Part shown: positions 8,348 through 18,104 of the stretch, piece by piece
Position numbering within the stretch: the stretch's first letter is position 1
Layout: every line of letters starts with the position of its first letter
NCBI GenBank assembly: GCA_026415035.1
Contig: JAOAHX010000008.1
Span: 16,270 to 80,269, forward strand
Direction: 5' to 3'
Length of the DNA stretch: 64,000 bases
DNA from: Thermodesulfobacteriota bacterium
GTDB taxonomy: Bacteria > Desulfobacterota > BSN033 > UBA1163
Translations under genes and position numbers: made by a program
The notes under the pieces: model-generated
What the model was told of the DNA's origin: nothing
Seen by the model: the letters and a program-made list of their open reading frames with translations, nothing else
Databases searched by the model: none

Positions 8348-9913
8348 ATGTCCATTCCCTCACTCCCCTTCAAGGTCCTGGCCTTGGGCCCTTTTGTCCC
8401 CTCGGGAGAGGAGGTCATGTTTCGGGACCCGATTCGGGTCGATCCCGAGCAGCCCGATCAGGCCATCGAAGCCCTCCATCTCCAGCTTTCCATCGCCCTT
8501 CCCGGGAACCTCTGCGCCTGGGATCGACTTGCTTTCCCTATCCGGAGGTTAAAGGACTTCCACCCAGACTCCCTCCTCGAACACCATTCCTCTCTCAAGA
8601 ATCTCCTCGATGCGAAAAGGCTCGTTCACACCTCGAAGGCCCAGGGACTGCCTGACGAAGAGGTCTATCGCCAACTCCAAAACTGGCCAGACCTTCCATT
8701 CGACCTCCGCCCTCCTCCCTCCCGGACCCAGGAACACGCCTCAAGCCCGGTGGACCGTCTCTTAGAGATGGTCGCCATGCCCGGGGAGGAAACTGCCTCC
8801 CCGGCAGCCGCTGTGCCTCTTTCAACCCAGATCGATTCATTCCTCCAACAGGTCTTGAGGCAGATCTTCTCCGACCCCGAATTCCGAAAGGTAGAATCGA
8901 CTCACCAAGGCCTCCACTTCCTCCTGAGGCAAGCCAAATCGGAGAAGGAGGTCGCTTTCGAAATCCTCCCGGTCTCCTTTGAAACCCTTGAGGAGATCCT
9001 CGATCATCTCACCCTCTCGAAGCTCGACGACCTGCCCTCCCTGGTCATTCTCGACCTCCCCTTTGACCACTCGATGAGGAAATTGGAACTCCTTGAAAAA
9101 GTGGCCCTCTTTTCCGAAACCCTCCTCGTCCCCACGCTCTGCTGGGTGAGCCCCAAATTTCTCTTTCTCGAACGTTGGGAGGAGATGGACAAGCTCCCGT
9201 TCCTCCCCCACTATATCGATGAGCCCGCTTTTGCCAAATGGCGACGCCTGAGAGGGCTCACCTCCTCGAGATGGATCGGCCTTTTCTGCAATCGATTTTT
9301 GATCCGATATCCCTATGGCCCGGACAATCGGGTGCGATCCCTGCCCTTCACCGAATCTGATCCCCTTTGGATCTCTCCCGTATGGGCTGCCGCCAGCCTC
9401 ATCCTCCTCAGCCATCTCCAATTCGGCTGGCCCACCCGATTCACCGACTGGCAGAGCCTTCGGTTGACCGATTTAGCCACCCATCTCATAGGGAACGACC
9501 GGGGGATTGCGACCGAGGCCGATTTCGGTGACGAGAGGATCGACCAGCTGATCCGGATCGGGATCATTCCGCTGGCCTCGTTTCTGAACCGAGACATTGC
9601 CTTTATTCCCCGTGAGACAACGGCTGGAGGAACGGCCTTGAGCTGGCAACTCTTCCTCTCCAGGACCTCTCAATTCCTACTCGGGTGCCGGGATCATCTC
9701 GGATCGGATCTCTCTCCCTCCACCCTCGAAGAGAAGCTGAGGGAGGCCTTCCTTCGGTTCTATGAACGATCTGGCCGCCAGTTTCCCCAATCCCTTGAAA
9801 TCACAGCGAAGCGACCGGCCCCTGGAGAGCCTATCCAATTGAGAATTCGAATCGACCCCCCCAAACAGATTTTACCTTCAGGAGAGAGACTCGAGCTGGA
9901 ATTGCGCTGGTGA
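8348..9913 (+). CDS. T6SS sheath-like protein, TssB-like N-terminus fused to TssC-like region
   Basis: LPFKVLALGPF...DFHPDSL resembles TssB/VipA; QIDSFLQQVLRQIFSDPEFRKVES..QGLHFLL and RFLIRYPYG resemble TssC/VipB. Confidence 0.75.
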   Translation: MSIPSLPFKVLALGPFVPSGEEVMFRDPIRVDPEQPDQAIEALHLQLSIALPGNLCAWDRLAFPIRRLKDFHPDSLLEHHSSLKNLLDAKRLVHTSKAQGLPDEEVYRQLQNWPDLPFDLRPPPSRTQEHASSPVDRLLEMVAMPGEETASPAAAVPLSTQIDSFLQQVLRQIFSDPEFRKVESTHQGLHFLLRQAKSEKEVAFEILPVSFETLEEILDHLTLSKLDDLPSLVILDLPFDHSMRKLELLEKVALFSETLLVPTLCWVSPKFLFLERWEEMDKLPFLPHYIDEPAFAKWRRLRGLTSSRWIGLFCNRFLIRYPYGPDNRVRSLPFTESDPLWISPVWAAASLILLSHLQFGWPTRFTDWQSLRLTDLATHLIGNDRGIATEADFGDERIDQLIRIGIIPLASFLNRDIAFIPRETTAGGTALSWQLFLSRTSQFLLGCRDHLGSDLSPSTLEEKLREAFLRFYERSGRQFPQSLEITAKRPAPGEPIQLRIRIDPPKQILPSGERLELELRW

Positions 9914-9969
9914 AGGGGATTGTGATCCCAAGTTTGACACCCCATCGGGCCATGTGATATAAATTTCTA

Positions 9970-10145
9970 TAGGCATTCAGGAGAGGGAACCCCGTGAGAG
10001 TCGGGGACGGCCACGCCGCTGTGATCGGGGACGAAACCTGCCGAAGACCACTGGTCTTTGAATAAAAGACTGGGAAGGGGCAGGGAGGCCCAAAGGACGT
10101 TGGGCCGAGTAGGTCGATCCGTCAGTCAGAAAACCTGCCTGGATG
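9970..10145 (+). ncRNA. Cobalamin riboswitch aptamer
   Basis: AGGGAACCCCGTGAGAGTCGGGGACGGCCACGCCGCTGTGA, CCACTG, GGGAAGG and B12-box AGTCAGAAAACCTGCC; lies upstream of btuFCD-like genes; TTGACA/TATAAA promoter at 9934-9963. Ends approximate. Confidence 0.92.
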
Positions 10146-10195
10146 CGCTTCACGCATAGGTCTTCGGTGGAAGGCTGTGAAGGGTCATTTAAAAT

Positions 10196-10234
10196 AAAAA
10201 AACCCGCTCTTTCTTCCGAAGAGCGGGTTTTTTT
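10196..10234 (+). terminator. Riboswitch-controlled intrinsic terminator
   Basis: CCCGCTCTT/AAGAGCGGG stem followed by T7; upstream TCTTCGG (10161-10167) can pair with CCGAAGA as an antiterminator. Confidence 0.85.
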
Positions 10235-10256
10235 ATGCCACCTTAGAATTCGCAAC

Positions 10257-11042
10257 ATGGAGCGCTCCTCCATAGTTAAACGCTTCTTACCCCTATCGTT
10301 GGGAACCCACCTCTTCTTCGTGGGTCTCCTTTCCCTCATCACGCAGGAGGGGAAAGCCCCGACCTTCTCCAAGGTCAACTTGGAGGTCTCCTTTCTGCAG
10401 GAGGCCAAAGAGGAACGAAGAACGCCCGAAGGCGGAAAAGTCGAAAGGACCCTCAAGCGTTCCGAAAGGAGAGGAGAGGAATTGGGCGAGAAGGGGCGAG
10501 AACGAACTCTGGAGGAGAGGGAGGATAAATGGCAGGACCACCCGACAGAGGTTCCTCCACTTCCCCTACCTGCTCAGACCGAGGCCGTTGCCTTGTCTTT
10601 AAACCTCACCCCGTCTCTCCCGATCGAAGGGGAGATACCGAAGAAAGAGGAGAACCATTCCGAGAGGGTTCTGGTCGCCTCCCCCGGAAGCGTTGTTTCT
10701 CCAACCGACATGGGAAACCCCTCCGACGGCCTAATGAAGCGATCCCCTTCCCTCCCAGCAAATGAGCCTGTCCTGATCCAACCCCGATACGCCAGCAATC
10801 CAAAACCCCCTTATCCCAAAGAGGCAAAGAGACTGGGCTTCGAGGGCGAGGTTCTTCTCAGAGTGGAGGTCCTCTCCAATGGCAGGGTAGGAGAGATCGA
10901 GGTGAAGCGTTCCTCTGGATATAAGATCCTGGATCAATCGGCAGTGGCTGCGGTCAAGGAATGGAGGTTTATCCCGGCCAGGATGGGCGAAACCCCTGTC
11001 TCCGTATGGGTCAACATCCCTGTGCTCTTTAGGCTTCGATGA
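10257..11042 (+). CDS. tonB: TonB-family energy transducer
   Basis: TM anchor SLGTH, Pro/charged linker, C-terminal PPYPKEAKRLGFEGEV...SSGY..LDQSAV..W.F.PA. Start moved to ATG 10257, downstream of the terminator. Confidence 0.85.
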   Translation: MERSSIVKRFLPLSLGTHLFFVGLLSLITQEGKAPTFSKVNLEVSFLQEAKEERRTPEGGKVERTLKRSERRGEELGEKGRERTLEEREDKWQDHPTEVPPLPLPAQTEAVALSLNLTPSLPIEGEIPKKEENHSERVLVASPGSVVSPTDMGNPSDGLMKRSPSLPANEPVLIQPRYASNPKPPYPKEAKRLGFEGEVLLRVEVLSNGRVGEIEVKRSSGYKILDQSAVAAVKEWRFIPARMGETPVSVWVNIPVLFRLR

Positions 11043-11977
11043 AAAGATTTTGCATCTCTCTTACAAAGATTTGGGCCACGTTTTGGCCAATCGCCCTCCT
11101 CTTCTCGCCCCTCCTCGCCGCTTCGGTCTCCTATCCCGCGACCCTCACCTTCAGGGACGAAGTGGGAAGGGAGGTGGCCCTTCCTTTTCCTCCTCGGAGG
11201 ATCGTCTCCCTTGCCCCCAACATCACCGAAATCCTCTTCAGCCTCGGCCTTGATGAGGAGGTGGTCGGGGTTTCGATCCACTGTAATTATCCGGAAAAGG
11301 CGAAGACCAAGGCGAGGGTGGGAAGTTATATCCAGATCGACGTCGAAAGAGTGCTCTCGCTAAGGCCAGACCTGATCATCGCCACTGGCGCGGGAAACCC
11401 AAAGGAGGTCGTGGAACGTCTCGAACGGTTGGGGATCCCTTCTTTCGTCATCTTTCCAAAGAGGGTGGACGATGTCTTTCAGAGTATCCGCCATGTGGGT
11501 CAGGTGGTAGGAAGGGAGAAAGAGGCGCTTCACCTCATCCGGTCCCTGCAGAAGAGGAAGGAGAAGGTGGTGGCGGCGACCCAAGGACTTCCCCGGCCAC
11601 GGGTCTTTCTCCAGATCGGGGAACAGCCCATCGTGACGGTTGGAAAAGGAAGTTTTGGAGACGACCTCATCCGCCTCGCCGGGGGGGAGAACGTTGCAGG
11701 AGAGGACCGCGAGGCCTATCCCAGATGGGGCATGGAGGAGATCCTGAGGAGATCTCCGGAGGTGATCCTCATCAGCTCCATGAACCCGAAGGGAAACTAT
11801 CAAAAGGCCCTTCAGGACTGGGAGCGCTGGAAGACGATCCCTGCGGTCCGGACAAAGAGGGTCCACCTGATCGACTCCGACCTGATCGATCGACCCTCCC
11901 CGAGGATCGTAGAGGGCCTGGAGGAGATGGCAAAGGCCATCCATCCGAACCGGTTCCCCAAAACGATCCCTCCATAG
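11039..11977 (+). CDS. btuF: Cobalamin ABC transporter substrate-binding protein
   Basis: RIVSLAPNITEILFSLG, CNYP, RPSPRIVEG; riboswitch context. Confidence 0.88.
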   Translation: MKRFCISLTKIWATFWPIALLFSPLLAASVSYPATLTFRDEVGREVALPFPPRRIVSLAPNITEILFSLGLDEEVVGVSIHCNYPEKAKTKARVGSYIQIDVERVLSLRPDLIIATGAGNPKEVVERLERLGIPSFVIFPKRVDDVFQSIRHVGQVVGREKEALHLIRSLQKRKEKVVAATQGLPRPRVFLQIGEQPIVTVGKGSFGDDLIRLAGGENVAGEDREAYPRWGMEEILRRSPEVILISSMNPKGNYQKALQDWERWKTIPAVRTKRVHLIDSDLIDRPSPRIVEGLEEMAKAIHPNRFPKTIPP

Positions 11978-12009
11978 CCCTTCCAAGAAGTTGGCTCGGA
12001 TAGAGACCG

Positions 12010-13074
12010 ATGGTTTTCTCCGATAATCGCCAAAAGATCCCATTGAACGTCCTTCGGCCTAAAAAAGTGATCTCGATCTGCGCTATCCTCACCCTCCTCC
12101 TGATGGCCATCGTCCTCACTTCGGTCATGGTGGGTAGCGTCAAGCTCGACCCACGGCGCAGCCTTTCCATCCTTGTCGAATCATTTTGGGGCCGTCCGGG
12201 GGAGGGGACAGAGACCGAGGCCGCAATCCTCCTCTCCATCCGTCTCCCCAGGGTGCTGCTCGCAGCGGGGGTGGGAGCCGGGCTCTCTCTTTCGGGCGCC
12301 ATCTTCCAGGCCCTTCTGAGAAACCCTTTGGCCGATCCCTATATCCTCGGCGTATCGAGCGGCTCGGCCGTGGGAGCGATCCTCGCCATCCTCCTCGGTT
12401 GGGGGAGCCTCTCCTTCGGACTCCCCCTGGCCTCCTTTGCCGGAGCGGTCCTCACGATCGGCCTCGTCTTCCAGTTTGGAAAGCAGGATGGCCGGATCCA
12501 TCCCAATACCCTTCTGCTGGCCGGTGTGATTACAGGGTCGTTTCTTTCGGCCCTCATCATGTTCTTCCTCTCCATCTCGCAGAGGGAGGAGCTTAGAACG
12601 ATCGTCTTTTGGTTAATGGGAGACTTTAGTTTCACTCATCCTCGGTCGCCCCTCATCATCCTGCCTTATCTCGCCATAGGCTTTTTCATCCTTTACCGGC
12701 GGTCACGCCAGCTCAATCTAATCCTTTCGGGCGAGGAAAGCGCCCTCCAATTGGGGGTGGAGGTGGAGCGATTGAAGGTCATCTCCTATCTCTGCGCCTC
12801 CTTGATCACCGCAGCCTCCGTCTCCCTCTGCGGTCTCATCGGATTTGTCGGGCTGATCATCCCCCATGCCACCCGGCTCCTTTTCGGTCCAGACCACAGG
12901 CTCTTGCTTCCTGCCTCTGGCCTGATCGGAGCTTCCTATCTCATCCTCTGCGATACGTTGGCGAGGACGATTCTCTCTCCCGTGGAACTCCCCGTTGGGG
13001 TGATCACCGCGGCCTTCGGCGGGCCCTTCTTTCTTTACCTTCTCAGGAGAAGCGTGGGGGTGAGGCCCCTATGA
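12010..13074 (+). CDS. btuC: Cobalamin ABC transporter permease (FecCD/BtuC)
   Basis: IRLPR, LRNPLADPYILGVSSG, GFVGLIIPH, ELPVG. Confidence 0.88.
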   Translation: MVFSDNRQKIPLNVLRPKKVISICAILTLLLMAIVLTSVMVGSVKLDPRRSLSILVESFWGRPGEGTETEAAILLSIRLPRVLLAAGVGAGLSLSGAIFQALLRNPLADPYILGVSSGSAVGAILAILLGWGSLSFGLPLASFAGAVLTIGLVFQFGKQDGRIHPNTLLLAGVITGSFLSALIMFFLSISQREELRTIVFWLMGDFSFTHPRSPLIILPYLAIGFFILYRRSRQLNLILSGEESALQLGVEVERLKVISYLCASLITAASVSLCGLIGFVGLIIPHATRLLFGPDHRLLLPASGLIGASYLILCDTLARTILSPVELPVGVITAAFGGPFFLYLLRRSVGVRPL

Positions 13075-13850
13075 TCGACCTCCGCTCAATCGCTTTTCGC
13101 TACCGCAAGGATTGGGTCCTTGAGGAGATCTCTTTCCGGATCGAAAAGGGTGAATTTCTCGGCGTAATCGGTCCCAACGGCTCGGGAAAGAGCACCCTGC
13201 TGAAGCTCCTCTGCCGCGTCCTCACCCCACAGCGGGGCGAGGTCCTCATCAATTCCATCCCCTTGAGGGAGATGGGGCGCAGAGAGATTGCCCGGAGGAT
13301 CGCGGTGGTCCCCCAGGAGACGTATTCCCTATTTCCCTTCCGTGTGATAGAAATAGTGCTGATGGGGCGTTCTCCCTATATCAACCATCTCCTCTTCGAG
13401 AGCCCAGGGGATCTGGAGATTGCCAAAAGGGCGATGGAGTGGACCGAAACCCTCCCGGTTCAGAACCGGTTGATCGATGAGCTTTCGGGCGGCGAACGAA
13501 AGCGGGTCTTCATCGCCAGGGCCCTCGCCCAGGAACCGGAGGTGATCCTTCTTGACGAACCCACGGCCAACCTCGACATCCATCACCAGGCCGATTTTCT
13601 AAACCTCCTCCTCGCCCTCAACCGGGAAAGAGGCCTGACGATCGTCATGGCCCTCCACGACCTGAATATCGCTTCCGAATATTGCGATCGGCTCGTGCTT
13701 CTCCGGAACGGAAAGATTTACAACATGGGCCATCCTGCCGAAGTGATCACCCGGGAGGCGATCGAAGAGGTTTATGGCTGTGAGGTATGGGTGGACGAGC
13801 ATCCCGTCTCCCGAAAGCCGAGGGTCACCCTGCTGAGACCTCGACATTGA
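13071..13850 (+). CDS. btuD: Cobalamin ABC transporter ATPase
   Basis: GPNGSGKST, LSGGE, LLDEPT, HDLN. Confidence 0.88.
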   Translation: MIDLRSIAFRYRKDWVLEEISFRIEKGEFLGVIGPNGSGKSTLLKLLCRVLTPQRGEVLINSIPLREMGRREIARRIAVVPQETYSLFPFRVIEIVLMGRSPYINHLLFESPGDLEIAKRAMEWTETLPVQNRLIDELSGGERKRVFIARALAQEPEVILLDEPTANLDIHHQADFLNLLLALNRERGLTIVMALHDLNIASEYCDRLVLLRNGKIYNMGHPAEVITREAIEEVYGCEVWVDEHPVSRKPRVTLLRPRH

Positions 13851-13909
13851 AAGGGTCTGAGCCTCTCTCGGTTGGGCCACCTCGTTCCAAAGGGGAATCG
13901 AGCGGTCTG

Positions 13910-15115
13910 ATGGAACTCTCAAAAGAGATCGAAAGGGCGGAAGAAAAGGTGCGAAAGGTCGTCCTCCGGACGCCGATCATCCATTCCGAGACCCTCTCCA
14001 AGATGACCGGAAAAGAGGTCTACCTCAAATTGGAGAATCTCCAGAAGACCGGCTCCTTTAAGATCCGGGGGGCCTATTACAAACTGTCCTGCCTGGCCGA
14101 TTCGAGCCGGTCGAATCAGGTGGTGGCCGCCTCGGCCGGAAATCATGCCCAGGGCGTCGCTTATGCCTCATCCCTTCTGGGGATGCATTCGACGATCGTG
14201 ATGCCCTTTGGGGCCTCTCTTGCCAAGCAGGTGGCCACAAAAGCCTATGGCGGAGAGGTCGTCCTTTTCGGCCGGGATACCGACGAGGCCCTCGCCCACG
14301 CCCGGGAGATGGCGAAGGCGGGGAGGGTTCTCATCCACCCCTTCGACGACGAAGAGGTGATCGCGGGCCAGGGGACGATCGGCCTGGAGATCCTCGAGGA
14401 TCTCCCGGAGGTGGAAGGGATCGTCGTCCCCGTGGGCGGAGGAGGATTGATCTCGGGGATTGCCACGATCGTCAAGGAGCGAAGGCCCCGGGTGACGGTC
14501 ATCGGGGTGCAGGCCAACCATGCCCCTGGGGCTTACCGGTCCCTCAAACGGGGGAAGATCATAGAGGCGAAGGTAAAACCGACGCTGGCCGACGGGATCG
14601 CCGTGGGAAGGATCGGGGAGATCGCCTTTCCCATCCTTCAGCAGAAGGTCGATGCGATGGTCCTGGTCAGCGAAGAGGAGATCGCCTCGGCCATCCTCCT
14701 TTTGATGGAGAGGAAACGGATCGTGGCCGAAGGGGCGGGCGCCGCAACCCTTGCCGCCCTCCTGTCTCATAGGGCCCGGATCAAACCCCGACGCGTGGTC
14801 TTGGTGATCAGCGGAGGCAATATCGACCTCCACCTTCTCGATCGGATCCTCGAGAAAGGGCTGAGCCGCACCGGCAGGATGGCACGGTTCCAGGTCCTTC
14901 TGAGGGACGTCCCGGGGGCGCTGGCCGAATTGACAGGCGAGATCGCCCGACATCAGGCCAACATTCTCCATATCGTCCATGAGCGGGCTGCCCGGGACAT
15001 CCCCATCGGATTCTCAAAGGTGATTCTCATCCTCGAAACCCGCGGCCCGCAACACATCCAGGAGCTGAAGAGGGGGTTAGAAAGAAAGGGCTATCTTCTC
15101 CCTCCTCCGGGTTGA
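13910..15115 (+). CDS. ilvA: Threonine ammonia-lyase with ACT domain
   Basis: ENLQKTGSFKIRG (PLP Lys), SAGNHAQG, VGGGGL, SGGN, C-terminal ACT; start set to ATG 13910. Confidence 0.92.
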   Translation: MELSKEIERAEEKVRKVVLRTPIIHSETLSKMTGKEVYLKLENLQKTGSFKIRGAYYKLSCLADSSRSNQVVAASAGNHAQGVAYASSLLGMHSTIVMPFGASLAKQVATKAYGGEVVLFGRDTDEALAHAREMAKAGRVLIHPFDDEEVIAGQGTIGLEILEDLPEVEGIVVPVGGGGLISGIATIVKERRPRVTVIGVQANHAPGAYRSLKRGKIIEAKVKPTLADGIAVGRIGEIAFPILQQKVDAMVLVSEEEIASAILLLMERKRIVAEGAGAATLAALLSHRARIKPRRVVLVISGGNIDLHLLDRILEKGLSRTGRMARFQVLLRDVPGALAELTGEIARHQANILHIVHERAARDIPIGFSKVILILETRGPQHIQELKRGLERKGYLLPPPG

Positions 15116-15178
15116 CCCAATCAGGGGGTTTACAAATTTAAGAATAGGTTGTAGGATGATTTTGACGAGGGGAACTCT

Positions 15179-16138
15179 ATGGCGGAAGCAGAACATACCT
15201 TGGCGGTCTTCATCGATTTCGAAAACCTCGCCCTCGGGTTCAAGGGGAAGAAGGAGAAACGCTTCGACATCCAGAAGGTCCTCGAACGGCTGGTCGAGAA
15301 GGGGAAGATCATCGTGAAGAAGGCCTACGCCGACTGGGCGGAATATGCCGAATATAAGAAGCCCCTCCACGAGGCGGCCATCGAGTTGATCGAGATTCCG
15401 AAGCGCTCGATGAGCGGAAAGAATTCGGCCGACATCCGGCTCTGCGTCGATGCCATCGACCTCTGTTATTCCAAGGAACACATCGACACCTTCGTCATCG
15501 TCTCGGGCGACAGCGACTTCTCGCCCTTGGTCTCCAAACTGAAGGAGAACGGGAAGCGGGTCATCGGGCTGGGGATGAAGGAGTCAAGCTCCAACCTCTT
15601 GATCGACAACTGCGACGAGTTTATCTACTACGAAGACCTGGAGCGTTCCATCGGGACCCCTCCCAAGATCGAGAAGGACCTTCCCGAGAAGAAGAAGGAG
15701 GCCTTTCAACTCCTGGTCGATTCCGTCCTTGCCCTGGTCCGTGAGAATAAGGAGGTCCTCTGGTCTTCGCTTGTCAAGGAGACGATGAAGCGGAAGAAGC
15801 CCTCCTTCAACGAGTCCTACCACGGCTACCGGACCTTCAGTGATCTCCTCGAGGATGCGGAAAAGGAGGGGATCGTTCGTCTGAGGACCGACGCCCGCAG
15901 CGGCACCTATGTCATCGTCGGCTTCGGAAAGGAGGAGAAGAAGGAACCGCCTGCGGAATCGACAGAGAAGAAATCCCCGAAGGAGCGGAAGGCTCAGAGG
16001 TCCAGGTGGCGGTCCCGGCAGAAGAAAACAAACGCCGTTTCGGTGACGATGCCCTTAGACTCCGACCATCCTCCGTTGGAGACCCCAGATTACTCCGAAG
16101 GGGAGGAAACGGTCTTCGACCTCAAAGGTCAGGTCTGA
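15179..16138 (+). CDS. NYN (LabA/DUF88) domain protein with OST-HTH/LOTUS domain
   Basis: FIDFEN, KNSADI, VSGDSDF, FNESYHGYRTFSDLL. Confidence 0.88.
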   Translation: MAEAEHTLAVFIDFENLALGFKGKKEKRFDIQKVLERLVEKGKIIVKKAYADWAEYAEYKKPLHEAAIELIEIPKRSMSGKNSADIRLCVDAIDLCYSKEHIDTFVIVSGDSDFSPLVSKLKENGKRVIGLGMKESSSNLLIDNCDEFIYYEDLERSIGTPPKIEKDLPEKKKEAFQLLVDSVLALVRENKEVLWSSLVKETMKRKKPSFNESYHGYRTFSDLLEDAEKEGIVRLRTDARSGTYVIVGFGKEEKKEPPAESTEKKSPKERKAQRSRWRSRQKKTNAVSVTMPLDSDHPPLETPDYSEGEETVFDLKGQV

Positions 16139-16164
16139 CCTCTCCGCGTCACGAGAAAACCTCG

Positions 16165-18015
16165 ATGAGGGGGGCTCACCTCAAAGCCATCCTCCTTAAA
16201 ATCCTGATCTTCTCCCTCTCGGTTCAGGGCGATCCCTCCCATGCCTTTCGACGCCTCGGAACACCCATTCAGGAGGGTATTCCCTGGGGCGTTTATGTCG
16301 GCCCAGGAAAGTCCGGGAGGATGGATACCCTCTATGTGGTGCTAGGTCGCTACCAGGAATCGGTCGCCCTCCTCTCGGTCTCTCCCGATACAGGGGAGGT
16401 CCGACAGTTCAACGGCCCCCTGCCCAGTGAGATGGGGTCTTGGGGCTTTGCGCTCGATCAGGAAGGCCGGATCTATCTCGGCACCTATTACCGTGCCCAC
16501 CTCCTCCGATTCGACCCGAAAACGGAGCGATGGGAAGACCTGGGTCGGCCAGCTGGAGAGGGCGAGTCTTTCATCTGCAGCCTCACCACAGCGCCGGATG
16601 GAAAGATCTGGGGAGGGACCTTCCCTTCAGCAAAACTCTTCTCCTACGATCCGAAGACAGGAAAGATGGAAGATCATGGCCGGATGGACGAGAAGGAGTT
16701 TTACTGCTATCCGACCGCCGGCGAGGACGGTTTGATCTATTGTGCGATCCGGTTTTCGAGGACGGACATCGTCGTCTTCGACCCGGCCACGAAGGCGAAA
16801 CGGTCCCTCCTCCCCTCCACGGAGCGGCAGCCGGGCTGGCTTCACCTCACCAAGGGAAGGGATGGAAAGGTCTATGCGAAGCTTCCCTCGGGAAGGTGGT
16901 ACCGGGCCGAAAAGGGAACGGATCTCGTCGCCGTCTCCGAATCGGAGATCCCGTTTCCGAGGGTGGGTCTTCCTGACGGGAGGCGTTTCCATCTGATCGA
17001 TCCCCACCTTCTGAGGATCGAAAACCCGGCCACCGGGGAGGTGCGGGAGATCGTTTTGAGGCACGAAGCCTCTGGGGCTTTTCTCTTTTTGGTGGGATCG
17101 GGCCCTGAGGGAAGGATTTATGGAAGCAGCATGCTCCCCCTGAGGCTATTCAATTATGACCCCCAGACGGGGAGAATGGCCAACCTTGGCAAGGCCTCTT
17201 TTTCGACAGGCCAGATCTATTCGATGGGGCCTTTAGGTGGCAAACTCTATCTCTGCGCCTATCCATCCGCCAGGCTCTCGGTTTACGATCCTGCCAAACC
17301 TCTCCATTTTGGAGATGGCCCAGAGGCCAATCCGAGGGACCTGGGACCCTTCGGAGAGGGGCAGGATCGGCCGAGGGCGATGATCGCAGGCCCCCAGGGC
17401 AAGGTCTATGTCGGAAGTTATCCGGATTATGGACTTCATGGAGGAGCCCTGAACGTTTATGATCCTGAGAGGGGTGAGAAACGGGTCTACCGAGACGTCG
17501 TACCGAACCAGAGCCTTGCCTCCTTGGCCTTTGTAGAATCCCTAAATCTGATCGTGGCCGGGAGTTCGGTCCGGGGTGGCGGAGGGACCCGTGCCCTCGA
17601 GAAGGAGGCCAAGCTTCTCCTCTGGGATCCCAGGAAGGAGAAGAAAGTTTTTGAGACCATCCCCGTTCCAGAGGCCAAGACCATCCTCTCCCTTGCCGCG
17701 ACCCCAGATGGCCTCGTCTTTGGGATCACCGACAACGAGAAGGTCTTTGTCTTCGACCCCGCAAGCAGGACGGTGAGGTCGATCTTCCCCCTCGGATTGA
17801 AAAACCCGGTAGAGGTTTCCCTTCAGAGAGGACCGGAGGGACTGCTTTACGGGCTTACTCGGGAGATGATCTTCTTTATCCAGCCTGGCCGCGATGAGGT
17901 CTTTCCCTTAGGCAAACCTCCTGTGCCGGTTACGGCTGGGATGGCCATTGGAGGAAGACAGATCTATTTCGGGTCCCATGCGGACCTGTATGAATTTGAG
18001 ATCCCCTCTTATTAG
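16165..18015 (+). CDS. Exported beta-propeller repeat protein
   Basis: Many GxIYxGT...LFxYDPxT repeats; hydrophobic N-terminus from ATG 16165 (start uncertain). Confidence 0.7.
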   Translation: MRGAHLKAILLKILIFSLSVQGDPSHAFRRLGTPIQEGIPWGVYVGPGKSGRMDTLYVVLGRYQESVALLSVSPDTGEVRQFNGPLPSEMGSWGFALDQEGRIYLGTYYRAHLLRFDPKTERWEDLGRPAGEGESFICSLTTAPDGKIWGGTFPSAKLFSYDPKTGKMEDHGRMDEKEFYCYPTAGEDGLIYCAIRFSRTDIVVFDPATKAKRSLLPSTERQPGWLHLTKGRDGKVYAKLPSGRWYRAEKGTDLVAVSESEIPFPRVGLPDGRRFHLIDPHLLRIENPATGEVREIVLRHEASGAFLFLVGSGPEGRIYGSSMLPLRLFNYDPQTGRMANLGKASFSTGQIYSMGPLGGKLYLCAYPSARLSVYDPAKPLHFGDGPEANPRDLGPFGEGQDRPRAMIAGPQGKVYVGSYPDYGLHGGALNVYDPERGEKRVYRDVVPNQSLASLAFVESLNLIVAGSSVRGGGGTRALEKEAKLLLWDPRKEKKVFETIPVPEAKTILSLAATPDGLVFGITDNEKVFVFDPASRTVRSIFPLGLKNPVEVSLQRGPEGLLYGLTREMIFFIQPGRDEVFPLGKPPVPVTAGMAIGGRQIYFGSHADLYEFEIPSY

Positions 18016-18104
18016 TAAGGTTGGGAAACGGCCTTGGGTCATGGAGCCGATTCGACCTCCGAGGATCCGAACCGCCACGCCCCTTAAAAAGGGAAACGCG
18101 GCCG

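Noticed and set aside
10143..10256. N-terminal extension of TonB in the ORF track
   Set aside because: Runs through the riboswitch expression platform and terminator; ATG 10257 is more plausible.
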